Shown here piece by piece: positions 1 through 8,378 of a stretch of DNA of 64,000 nt. The notes under the pieces are model-generated. The model saw only the letters and a program-made list of their open reading frames with translations. It was not told the DNA's origin and made no database searches. Origin of the DNA: a virus. Every line of letters starts with the position of its first letter. Position 1 is the first letter of the stretch. The translations under genes were made by a program, and so were the position numbers. Where the stretch lies: positions 1 to 64,000 of IMG/VR virus record IMGVR_UViG_3300042897_000742, one strand, 5' to 3'.

Positions 1-134
1 AGACAATCGCAGAAGGAACTATGGCTCCTAAGATCGCGGTTAAATCTAGATTCGACTTAGTAGACGCTGGATTCCACCCACAAACTATGTACTATGTATT
101 GAACTTCAACTTCAACGGAGTTGATATTATCTAA
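1..134 (+). CDS. Major capsid protein, C-terminal fragment (gp23-like; 5' truncated)
   Basis: The frame starting at nt 3 reads TIAEGTMAPKIAVKSRFDLVDAGFHPQTMYYVLNFNFNGVDII*, resembling the T4-like gp23 C-terminus (P-K-x-x-x-K-(T/S)-R). A strong terminator follows. Confidence 0.75.
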   Translation, partial: TIAEGTMAPKIAVKSRFDLVDAGFHPQTMYYVLNFNFNGVDII

Positions 135-156
135 TCAATAGTAATCATACTGTTTG

Positions 157-187
157 AAAAGGTCCGCTTCGGCGGACCTTTTTTTTT
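157..187 (+). terminator. Intrinsic terminator
   Basis: AAAAGGTCCGC-TTCG-GCGGACCTTTT followed by a T run. Confidence 0.95.
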
Positions 188-214
188 CTTAATATATAAA
201 ACAAAAATAACAAT

Positions 215-463
215 ATGTCACAAGGAGTTTACCGCGCAGCTGTTCTTTATAATTTTAGCCAAGATAAATACATTGCAATAGATCCTGGTACCATCGGTGG
301 TGATCCTTCAGCGGTTACTTGGACATGGGTTATTAATCCTAATGATGCGACTAAATGGGTTAATATTGTTGAGCTTCAATACTATTTAACCGATACACCA
401 ATTGGCGATCCTACCATTAACCCATATCCTTGGGAAATTCAATGGTTATACTTTGCGGCATAA
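215..463 (+). CDS. Hypothetical protein, single copy of the domain repeated in 516..1667 (candidate capsid decoration protein)
   Basis: ORF after the major capsid gene with AATATATA motif upstream; similar to the repeats of the next ORF. Confidence 0.6.
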   Translation: MSQGVYRAAVLYNFSQDKYIAIDPGTIGGDPSAVTWTWVINPNDATKWVNIVELQYYLTDTPIGDPTINPYPWEIQWLYFAA

Positions 464-515
464 TTACATCTAAAATTTTTAGGCTCAAAAGATATATAAA
501 AATAAAAATTGAGCT

Positions 516-1667
516 ATGGCATTATCAAGAGCAGCCGTAATTAAAGCACTAGATGCTGGTAGATGGCTAAAAGTAGAAAACACCGAGTTAGGAGTTAGAG
601 CCGATACTATCGATTTATCTTCTACTAAGTATGCAACTAGATACACAAATCTTAATACACTAGATGCACAGATACCTTCAACTAACTGGTATCCTAATCA
701 GTGGGGTGATGAAAATAAAACCATGTTTGATGCAGCCTATGGGTATGAAATCAAAGATAAGTTCTTTTCTGACTCTCCTATACCAACTGATTTTGGAGGT
801 TCTCCAACCCCAAATGTTGCAGGTGGTCAAAAATCAGGTAACGTATTAGATAGAACTGCGGTTCTCTTTTCATATGATGTTGGAGCATACATTTATGTTT
901 ATAATCCTGGTGATGCACCAGCTACTTGGATTGCTGAATTTGTAAATGATGCATGGGCAGCTACACGATTTGATAACTTAGTACAAGTAGGTACATGGCT
1001 GACTGCTACTCCATTTGGACAAGTTCCTAATGGATATGGTATTCAGCAGTATACATTTACCAAGGCTCCGGCCACGGCATTTCCATTCCAGGCAATTATC
1101 CCCAATATCGGTACCAGTTCAATTATAAGAGCATATGTTCCCTACTCAAATCAAGCTGCGGCATATCTTCTAATTGATAATCCTGGAGATCCTATTGTTG
1201 ATATGACATTCCAATATGTACCAACTCCTCAACAGGGTACCAGATTCCAAGATCTTAATGACTTTAAGGATATTGTTGATCAGAGACCTGATTTCTTTGG
1301 TACAACTTTCGTAGAAGGTTGGGAAGTTCCACAGTTCTACTTTACACAAACTGAAAAAGATCCTCCAGGGGATCCTATTAGAGATTTCTTTGAAAATAAT
1401 CCCTGTGGTCAAGTTAAGGAAGCAGGTAAATATCCTAATACATATGAGCAGATCTTAGCCACTGCGGCGAAATACTGTGGTGATTGGAGATCATTCTATT
1501 CCACTATGTGGTTTAAAGTATTTCAAGGTAATATGTGGGGTTGGGCAGACCCTGACTGTTTTATAAAATGGTTTGAAGGGCAAGACAAGATGGAATTCGA
1601 GAATTGGTTATATAAGCTTTGGAGTGCAACCGCATGTGGGGAAGGAGAGTTCCCTGCTGAAGGCTAA
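516..1667 (+). CDS. Hypothetical virion protein with three ~75-aa repeats
   Basis: 383-aa ORF; GATATATA upstream; repeats of the form R(A/T)(A/Y)V...Y(I/L)...NPGD...(A/G)TR(F/Y). Confidence 0.65.
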   Translation: MALSRAAVIKALDAGRWLKVENTELGVRADTIDLSSTKYATRYTNLNTLDAQIPSTNWYPNQWGDENKTMFDAAYGYEIKDKFFSDSPIPTDFGGSPTPNVAGGQKSGNVLDRTAVLFSYDVGAYIYVYNPGDAPATWIAEFVNDAWAATRFDNLVQVGTWLTATPFGQVPNGYGIQQYTFTKAPATAFPFQAIIPNIGTSSIIRAYVPYSNQAAAYLLIDNPGDPIVDMTFQYVPTPQQGTRFQDLNDFKDIVDQRPDFFGTTFVEGWEVPQFYFTQTEKDPPGDPIRDFFENNPCGQVKEAGKYPNTYEQILATAAKYCGDWRSFYSTMWFKVFQGNMWGWADPDCFIKWFEGQDKMEFENWLYKLWSATACGEGEFPAEG

Positions 1668-1687
1668 ATTCAAATAAATACTAAATG

Positions 1688-1718
1688 AAAAAGGTTCGCT
1701 TAGGCGAACCTTTTTTTT
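1688..1718 (+). terminator. Intrinsic terminator
   Basis: AAAAAGGTTCGC-TTAG-GCGAACCTTTTTTTT. Confidence 0.95.
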
Positions 1719-1763
1719 GCTCTAGGGTCTGGAATATATAAATTACTAAAAAAATAATAAGAA

Positions 1764-2807
1764 ATGAAAGAACTTGTCAATTTTGAACACTTCAGAATAA
1801 TTAGAGAAGCCGAAATTAAATTAGAGGCTCATCTTGACCGTGTAGTTGAACAGGCGATAAATGAAGCTGCGCCTAAACCTGCACAAACTAGAGCAGGTGC
1901 CCTTTTTCAAAATCCTGTTAAATTTTTAAAGATTAAGAACAATGCAAAGAAGTACCAACAGGCGCTAGTACAAAAGGCTCTTAATAATGTAGACTATGAA
2001 AAGAAGGTACAGGCATCTGGTGGAGAAGTAGATGCAGATAAAAAGGAGGTTCTTAGACAGGCTAATGCTGCAAAGAACCAGGCACTTACCGATAAGGCCA
2101 GCGCTATTTCTGACCGTATGAATACTCTTGCAACGAGTCCAGGTTTACAGGCCGTTAAATCTCTTGCTATTTCAAAAGCTAAAGTTGCCGCTGCTGAAAC
2201 TGCTCTTAAAGCTGCTGATGCCGAAGAAACTAAACAACTTAAGATTCAAATAAAGAAACTTAATGCACAAGCTGCTAAGGCAGAACAGACTATTAAGGAT
2301 TATGAAAAGGCCGGAGAACCTAAAGCAGAAGAACCACAGGCTCAAGAGAAACCACAGCAGCAAGAAATGCCTAAAGTAAAGGATAATAAACCTGCAGCTG
2401 AGACTAAGCCCGAAGGTGAAACTAAACCCGAAGGTGAAACTAAACCTGCAGCTGAAACTAAGCCCGAAGGTGAAGATAATACTGAAAAGATAAACGCTAT
2501 AGATGCTAAGATTGATGGTTTAAAAAATAATAAAAAGACTAAAGAAGACCAGCTTAATTCAAAAAATCATCCTGATGTTTTAGCTATTGAAAGACAAATT
2601 AAAGCGGAAGAATTAGAAAAAGCAAAATTAGGTGGTAATTCTGATGATATTGCCGCTGCACAATCTGCTCTTAATGTTGCACAAGATGATCTAAAGGCAG
2701 CCGTTGATGCTGAAAAGGAAGGTACACCGCAAAACAATTCATATGAATATGTTGGTGAATCTTTTACTGATAAATTTAGAAGATTAAGTAAAAATGTAAA
2801 TGTATAA
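1764..2807 (+). CDS. Ala/Lys/Glu-rich coiled-coil protein, probable internal head protein
   Basis: N-terminus MKELVNFEHFRIIREAE resembles a capsid-targeting sequence; KPEGET/KPAAET repeats. Confidence 0.6.
   Translation: MKELVNFEHFRIIREAEIKLEAHLDRVVEQAINEAAPKPAQTRAGALFQNPVKFLKIKNNAKKYQQALVQKALNNVDYEKKVQASGGEVDADKKEVLRQANAAKNQALTDKASAISDRMNTLATSPGLQAVKSLAISKAKVAAAETALKAADAEETKQLKIQIKKLNAQAAKAEQTIKDYEKAGEPKAEEPQAQEKPQQQEMPKVKDNKPAAETKPEGETKPEGETKPAAETKPEGEDNTEKINAIDAKIDGLKNNKKTKEDQLNSKNHPDVLAIERQIKAEELEKAKLGGNSDDIAAAQSALNVAQDDLKAAVDAEKEGTPQNNSYEYVGESFTDKFRRLSKNVNV
2388..2475 (+). repeat. Coding 18-nt tandem repeat (KPAAET/KPEGET x5)
   Basis: Units such as aaacctgcagctgagact and aagcccgaaggtgaaact. 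Confidence 0.8.
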
Positions 2808-3291
2808 AGTTCGTAAAATAAACTTTGGATGGTATAGAAGGCGGCATGGTATTCTTTTAGAGAACCTGCCGCCTTCAAAGCAACGATTCATGGTAGAGAA
2901 TGACTATCTTAAGTGGTTGGATCCAGATCCACAAACATATGAGATCATATTTAAGGTTGAGGATATGAATGATCATGAAAAAAATCCTAATAAGATTCTT
3001 TGGAATCCCTTTAGAGAAACTTTTACTACAATAAAGGAGGTTGAGGCGGACTCTAATGTTATAGATTGGAACTGTGCAATTTGTAGTACAGACATTAAGG
3101 CAAGAATGGATTCAAAGAAGATTGAGAACTTTGTATGTAATAAATGTTCTGAGGCTCATAACTCACGGAATAAAAGAGTTGATCAAAGAGTAATAGATTC
3201 ATCTGTTAACTTTACTAAACACTGTAAATCTCTTCTAAAAGGTGAACAAAGGGAGTTTATAACACATATTAGAAGATCATTTAAAGGTTAA
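2800..3291 (+). CDS. Hypothetical protein with zinc-ribbon motif
   Basis: CAIC...CNKC. Confidence 0.65.
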   Translation: MYKVRKINFGWYRRRHGILLENLPPSKQRFMVENDYLKWLDPDPQTYEIIFKVEDMNDHEKNPNKILWNPFRETFTTIKEVEADSNVIDWNCAICSTDIKARMDSKKIENFVCNKCSEAHNSRNKRVDQRVIDSSVNFTKHCKSLLKGEQREFITHIRRSFKG

Positions 3292-4089
3292 TGCTTTTTC
3301 AATTGTAATCTTTGGCCAAACAGTTAATAGACTTCTAGGAGAAGCATTATAAACTTCAATACCTTTTGTTTTAAGTAGATCTGCAAGTACTCTAAATCCT
3401 GGTACAAACTGATCTCTATAAATATCATCACCAGTTACAGGTACTGGGTATCCATCATGATGATGTCCTCTTCTTCCATCATTACCCATATCATATCCTA
3501 ATAAAATAATTCTTTTTGCTCCTAAATGATATGCAAGATTAATTGCAGCATAACCACTATTATTTCCATGAGAAAGAGTATCTTTTGATTCTTCTAAACC
3601 AAATTTATTTCCTCTTCTTAAAATCTTAATATCTCCTACATATGATGGATGATCTCTTATAGTATATTTAGGCCCTTTGAAATTATCAATTTCATTTTTC
3701 ATCCATGAATATACACGTGAGTCTGTCCAATAAAGTATGTTAGCCTGAGGAAAAGATAATAGAGATTTATTAATTGCAATAGTTTTTTTACCATAGAGAG
3801 CATTCCAATTAAAGTCCATAAGTGATGGACCTCCACCAATAATAAAAACAGTTTCTCCTGCCAAGATAGGATCAACTTTACTTATTGGTCTTTTTGTAGC
3901 TTCTCCTGTTGTAGTAATGCTAAGATTTCTTCTCTGTACGATTGGTACATTATCATTACTTATAGTTATTCTACCTATCCTATCATCAGAAGATCCCTTT
4001 TTTACCACGGTTGGTGGTAATCCTTTATTCTCTTTAATTACCGGGACTCTTCTATCATTCCCTAGTATTTTTCGTACTCTTCTTATCAA
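3277..4089 (-). CDS. DUF115/Maf-like (MptE-like) putative glycosyltransferase
   Basis: Motifs IIGGGPSL, IAIN, GNNSGYAAINLAYHLGAKRIILLGYD, NASP; the only clear minus-strand gene; GATAAATA motif upstream on the minus strand. Confidence 0.75.
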   Translation of the reverse strand: MIRRVRKILGNDRRVPVIKENKGLPPTVVKKGSSDDRIGRITISNDNVPIVQRRNLSITTTGEATKRPISKVDPILAGETVFIIGGGPSLMDFNWNALYGKKTIAINKSLLSFPQANILYWTDSRVYSWMKNEIDNFKGPKYTIRDHPSYVGDIKILRRGNKFGLEESKDTLSHGNNSGYAAINLAYHLGAKRIILLGYDMGNDGRRGHHHDGYPVPVTGDDIYRDQFVPGFRVLADLLKTKGIEVYNASPRSLLTVWPKITIEKALTFK

Positions 4090-4122
4090 TGTCTTATTTG
4101 ATTTTTTTATTTATCTCTAGTA

Positions 4123-4148
4123 AAACTATCCTTTTAGATTGCATATAA
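4123..4148 (+). promoter_or_regulatory. Putative phage middle promoter AAAC-N16-ATATAA
   Basis: One of about 12 copies of AAAC-N16/17-(A/G/T)TATAA located just upstream of genes. Confidence 0.65.
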
Positions 4149-4167
4149 AAATAAACTATATCTTATT

Positions 4168-5130
4168 ATGAGAAATGTACAGAATATTCTTTTAACTGAA
4201 AAGTATCGGCCACAAAACCTAGATGATCTTATTACCCCCAAGAGAGTAGGTGATAAGTTATCTAAGGGTGTTTATCAACATCTTCTTTTACATGGTAGTC
4301 CAGGTACAGGAAAAACGTCTGCTGCTAAAGCTTTAGTGAAACATTTTAAGCATCCATATCTTTACATTAATGCATCAACTGATACATCTGTTGATATTGT
4401 AAGAAATAGAATTACTGACTTCTGTGCAAATCGTTCAATTATGGATGAACCTGGTAAACTTAAGGTTATTATCCTAGATGAGATTGATGGAGTATCTGAT
4501 CAATTCTTTAAAGCACTTCGTGCTACTATGGATCAATTTGCATCTAATGCTAGATTTATTGCAACATGTAATTACATCAATAAAGTCCCAGATCCAATTC
4601 AGTCAAGATTTGAAATGATTGATTTTGATTTTACTAAGGAAGAGGAAACCGAAATCATGAAAGGTTACATAATGAGAATACTTCAAATCTGTAAAGAAGA
4701 AGGAATTGGAATTGATAAACATGCAGCCGTTGAATTAGTAAAAAGAAAATTTCCGGATCTTCGTAATATGCTTAATCAATTACAAGGATTTAAGTCTCAA
4801 GGTAAGGAAACTATTACCGTTGAAGATATCAAAAAATTTAGTTCGGTTTATAAAGATGTTTATGATCTGATTATTGATAATACTGACCCGGTAAAAAATT
4901 ACCAATATATGTTATCAAATTATGCAAACAGGGTAGATGATGTACTTTCTTCCCTAGGTGCTGAATTTATTGAATACATACAACAGGAAAGGCCTTCTTA
5001 TATTCAATTCATACCACAAACTATTGTAACGGTTTCAAAGTATCAATCGCAAAGACAACTTGTAATTGATCCTGCTGTATCAATGCTCGCTTGTATTTAT
5101 GAATTGCAATCAATATTAAATGGTGCATAA
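4168..5130 (+). CDS. Clamp loader AAA+ subunit (RFC small subunit / T4 gp44-like)
   Basis: EKYRP, GSPGTGKT, INAS, ILDEID, IQSRF, PDLR. Confidence 0.92.
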   Translation: MRNVQNILLTEKYRPQNLDDLITPKRVGDKLSKGVYQHLLLHGSPGTGKTSAAKALVKHFKHPYLYINASTDTSVDIVRNRITDFCANRSIMDEPGKLKVIILDEIDGVSDQFFKALRATMDQFASNARFIATCNYINKVPDPIQSRFEMIDFDFTKEEETEIMKGYIMRILQICKEEGIGIDKHAAVELVKRKFPDLRNMLNQLQGFKSQGKETITVEDIKKFSSVYKDVYDLIIDNTDPVKNYQYMLSNYANRVDDVLSSLGAEFIEYIQQERPSYIQFIPQTIVTVSKYQSQRQLVIDPAVSMLACIYELQSILNGA

Positions 5131-5131
5131 T

Positions 5132-5296
5132 ATGTCAGACAATTTTCTAAATGAATTAATTAAAAGATATCCTAATCATTTTGCATTAGGTGAAGCAGTA
5201 AAAAGATTTTGGGAGTTTAAGAGAGAAAGACCTAATCAATCGCAAGAACAGATTGAAGAAGAGTTTTTTATTATAAACTTTCAGTTTAATCCTTGA
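5132..5296 (+). CDS. Small hypothetical protein (54 aa, not in ORF track)
   Basis: MSDNFLNELIKRYPNHFALGEAVKRFWEFKR...FQFNP*; starts immediately after the clamp-loader stop. Confidence 0.55.
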   Translation: MSDNFLNELIKRYPNHFALGEAVKRFWEFKRERPNQSQEQIEEEFFIINFQFNP

Positions 5297-5327
5297 CCTG
5301 TTATTATTAAATAAATTACTATAATAG

Positions 5328-6542
5328 ATGAAAAAAACAGGTAGACACACATTTGTTGTGGATGGAAATTATTTTCTGTTCAGAACATTATATGTCTTGC
5401 CTCGTCTAGGTAAGTCTAAAGAATTACTAGGTTCTTCCGAAGAGTCGCAATCCTTTATGACAAAGCTCGCAACTGACTTTGCATATCAGGTTAGATTATT
5501 TGAAGGTCTTATTGATAAAATTGTATGGACGGTAGATTCACGTTCATGGCGTAAAGACTTTTACCCAGAGGCAGACTATAAAGGAAATCGTAAACAGGAT
5601 TCCACTATTAACTGGGAAAACTTTTCTAAAGTATCAGAAGACTTTATTGCTCTCTTGGTTCGTCAGGGTGTTATTGTTTCCAAAATTGATGGTGCTGAAG
5701 GTGATGATTTAATGTATGCATGGAATACAGAATCATTGGCTAATAACAAATCAGTAATTATGTTTACTGGTGACCGTGATCTTGTTCAATTGGTTTGTAA
5801 AAATCAAGATACACATACTATCTTATTTTCACCAGCACATAAAAAACTTTATACATATCAAGGATTTTCTGAATGGATGAATTCTGAACAAGAAGAAACT
5901 TCATCTGATATTTTTGATCTTATGAAGGTTTCTGTTTCTCCGGAAAACCAGGCAAAGAAATTATTACAGGTTTTGGTAAAAAAGAAAAAGGTCGATATCA
6001 TAGAGGTTGATCCGGAGGAGTTTCGTTTTAGAAAGGTTCTTACTGGTGACGCCGGTGATAATGTTACACCTGCGTATTGGTATGTATCTAAGGATCGTCG
6101 TTATGGAATTAGTGAAAAGAAAGCAGAGGAGATTGTTTCTGAATTCAAATTAAAACATGGTGTACTTTCACATATGTATCTTTATAATGATGAGCTTATT
6201 ACCGATCTTGCCAATATCACTATTAGGGTTATGAAGGCTAAACATATGAGCAGAGAACAGATCATCTCCAATATTAAGTCTAATGTAAATCTTATGGTTC
6301 TTTCTGCTGAGTCAATACCAGAAGGTATCCTAGACGAAATGTTTCGCTCTATAGAATCAAAAATTAATCTTAATGTTTTAAAGATTAATGGAGTTTCTTC
6401 AATGAAAGCTATCTTAGAAAACAGTTCATATAAAACAGAAGATACTTCAATCGCAGTTTCATCAAAGATCTTTAAGGACGATGAAGATGACTCTGACTTT
6501 TCATTTATAACAGATCGTAAACAAAAAGGAAAGATTTTTTAA
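5328..6542 (+). CDS. 5'-3' exonuclease / flap endonuclease (T4 RNase H-like)
   Basis: VDGNY, SWRK..Y..YKGNR, EGDD, TGDRDLVQL, LTGDAGDNV. Confidence 0.9.
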   Translation: MKKTGRHTFVVDGNYFLFRTLYVLPRLGKSKELLGSSEESQSFMTKLATDFAYQVRLFEGLIDKIVWTVDSRSWRKDFYPEADYKGNRKQDSTINWENFSKVSEDFIALLVRQGVIVSKIDGAEGDDLMYAWNTESLANNKSVIMFTGDRDLVQLVCKNQDTHTILFSPAHKKLYTYQGFSEWMNSEQEETSSDIFDLMKVSVSPENQAKKLLQVLVKKKKVDIIEVDPEEFRFRKVLTGDAGDNVTPAYWYVSKDRRYGISEKKAEEIVSEFKLKHGVLSHMYLYNDELITDLANITIRVMKAKHMSREQIISNIKSNVNLMVLSAESIPEGILDEMFRSIESKINLNVLKINGVSSMKAILENSSYKTEDTSIAVSSKIFKDDEDDSDFSFITDRKQKGKIF

Positions 6543-6543
6543 T

Positions 6544-6834
6544 ATGACACCAAGAATGGAAAAGAAAATAGAAGAGGCAATGATGGAATGTTATCGTCGT
6601 CTTTTTAAGGAATCAACCCCGAGTGGTGACTTTGACTATTTAGTTGAAACTGCTATTATCAATGATAGAGGTCAGAAAGAAATTCCTTTCATGGATTATG
6701 AATTGGATGAGAGTAAATGGGATCCTATCTTTAAAGAAATTTATAAGGAGTATAAGATTCCAACTTATCTTAGACAGTCATTCAAAACTTCTATTGTTTT
6801 AGGATGTTCACCTAAAACAAAAATAGGTGTTTAG
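6544..6834 (+). CDS. Hypothetical protein
   Basis: ORF abutting the upstream gene. Confidence 0.6.
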   Translation: MTPRMEKKIEEAMMECYRRLFKESTPSGDFDYLVETAIINDRGQKEIPFMDYELDESKWDPIFKEIYKEYKIPTYLRQSFKTSIVLGCSPKTKIGV

Positions 6835-6853
6835 CTTATAATAAAAAAGGAGT

Positions 6854-7270
6854 ATGCAATTATTTGACTACATAAAGGTTTTATTTGGAAAGGATGCACA
6901 ATGGGATAAAGTATCAAGTTATGATAAATCTCGCAATTCATTTATGACTAATCGTTTTATGAGTATTAAGTTTCCTATTCAGGCAAACCTTTTTAATACT
7001 CTTAAAATTGATCCAGTAGGACAAGCAGAAGCATGGAGAATGGTTGCTTCAAAATTTAATAAAGTTCCAGGCTTTATTTACACAAAGGTAAAGAAACAAG
7101 AAAAAGAAAAGCAATGGACACCAGATCCTAAAGCAGTAGAACTTTATATGAAATTTAATGAAATTGGTCATAGAGAGTTTAAAGAATGCCTAAAATATAA
7201 CCCATCAGAAGTCCGAACCGCGATAGATATATTAGAAAAACAGATGGGAAATGATGTTAATCGACAATAA
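6854..7270 (+). CDS. Hypothetical protein, possibly gp62-like clamp-loader small subunit
   Basis: LFDYI...FMTNRFMS...AN pattern resembles gp62 homologues; middle-type promoter at 6815-6841. Confidence 0.45.
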   Translation: MQLFDYIKVLFGKDAQWDKVSSYDKSRNSFMTNRFMSIKFPIQANLFNTLKIDPVGQAEAWRMVASKFNKVPGFIYTKVKKQEKEKQWTPDPKAVELYMKFNEIGHREFKECLKYNPSEVRTAIDILEKQMGNDVNRQ

Positions 7271-7922
7271 GTTTGAGTTAGGTATTCCAACTCACATTTA
7301 CTTTACTCTTTATAAGTTTGATCACATTGATAGTATTATCATTTCAAGAGTTATAAAAGAGTGTAAAAACTGGAATGAATCCGGTGATGAAAATCTATTC
7401 ACCGTTGATGTGGAGTCTTTTAAGTCTGCTATTAAGGGCAATAAGAGACTAAACATGGAGATTACCAAGGCCGAGGCGGATGGCCTATTTTCTATGCCTG
7501 GTAATAAACCAAATTCGGTTACCTTTCTCTGGTCAATAATGGACCGTTTGGAAAATCTTGAATGGATGACATTCAGTATTTCTTATGATAAGAAATTTTC
7601 CAGAGTAGTAAGAATTGAAAATAAAGATATTATGAGCTTCTATTTCAAAATAGAAGAAGGCATTTTTGATTTAACACAAGTATTTACTAGAAGCCAACTT
7701 GATATCATTAATAAAAAGATAATTGAATACAAGATAATGCCTAATAAGTATTTGGAAAGATCTCCTTACTTTTATATGAAGGCATCTCTTTTATTTGAAA
7801 TTTTAGGTCAACTTGAGATTGACGGTACTCTTAGCACATTTGATCTTCTGGATCATATTGATCAAAAATTAGAAGAAGACGATCCAACACTTATGGTTAA
7901 GACAGACTATACTCCTTATTAA
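7251..7922 (+). CDS. Hypothetical protein
   Basis: 223-aa ORF overlapping the upstream stop. Confidence 0.6.
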   Translation: MMLIDNKFELGIPTHIYFTLYKFDHIDSIIISRVIKECKNWNESGDENLFTVDVESFKSAIKGNKRLNMEITKAEADGLFSMPGNKPNSVTFLWSIMDRLENLEWMTFSISYDKKFSRVVRIENKDIMSFYFKIEEGIFDLTQVFTRSQLDIINKKIIEYKIMPNKYLERSPYFYMKASLLFEILGQLEIDGTLSTFDLLDHIDQKLEEDDPTLMVKTDYTPY

Positions 7923-7946
7923 GGAATATATAAACAAAAAGGTCTT

Positions 7947-8375
7947 ATGAAAAGTTTTTTAAGGAGATGTTGCGAGTCTAAGCGCGAATGCGTAACATAC
8001 CTAATAGTATTTTTGTGGTTAGCAGTTGGTATTACCGCAACTTATTTTGAAACGGATTTTACTGCACTAGCAGCATATTTTGTTTCTTTAACTGGTTTTG
8101 TTGCTTCATACATTTTTGGCGAAAGCGTTCGTAAAAGTAAAAATTCTTCAATATTTTTACCTGGCCCTAATAGTAGAAGAGAAGTAATGATGTACATTAC
8201 CATCGGATTATGGTTAGCCGTAGGTTTATGGGTAATCGTAAATGGCGCAGATCTTATTGGAGTAAGTGCATACTTCGCAGCATTAACACCCTTTGTAGGT
8301 TCATATATTTTAGGTGAAACTTTTAAGAAGGAAGTAGTTGAAGTTGAAGAAGAAATAGAACAAATAAATTCTTAA
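7947..8375 (+). CDS. Four-TM membrane protein with internal duplication
   Basis: Two copies of LWLAVG...AYF..LT.FV.SYI.GE. Confidence 0.65.
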   Translation: MKSFLRRCCESKRECVTYLIVFLWLAVGITATYFETDFTALAAYFVSLTGFVASYIFGESVRKSKNSSIFLPGPNSRREVMMYITIGLWLAVGLWVIVNGADLIGVSAYFAALTPFVGSYILGETFKKEVVEVEEEIEQINS

Positions 8376-8378
8376 TAC

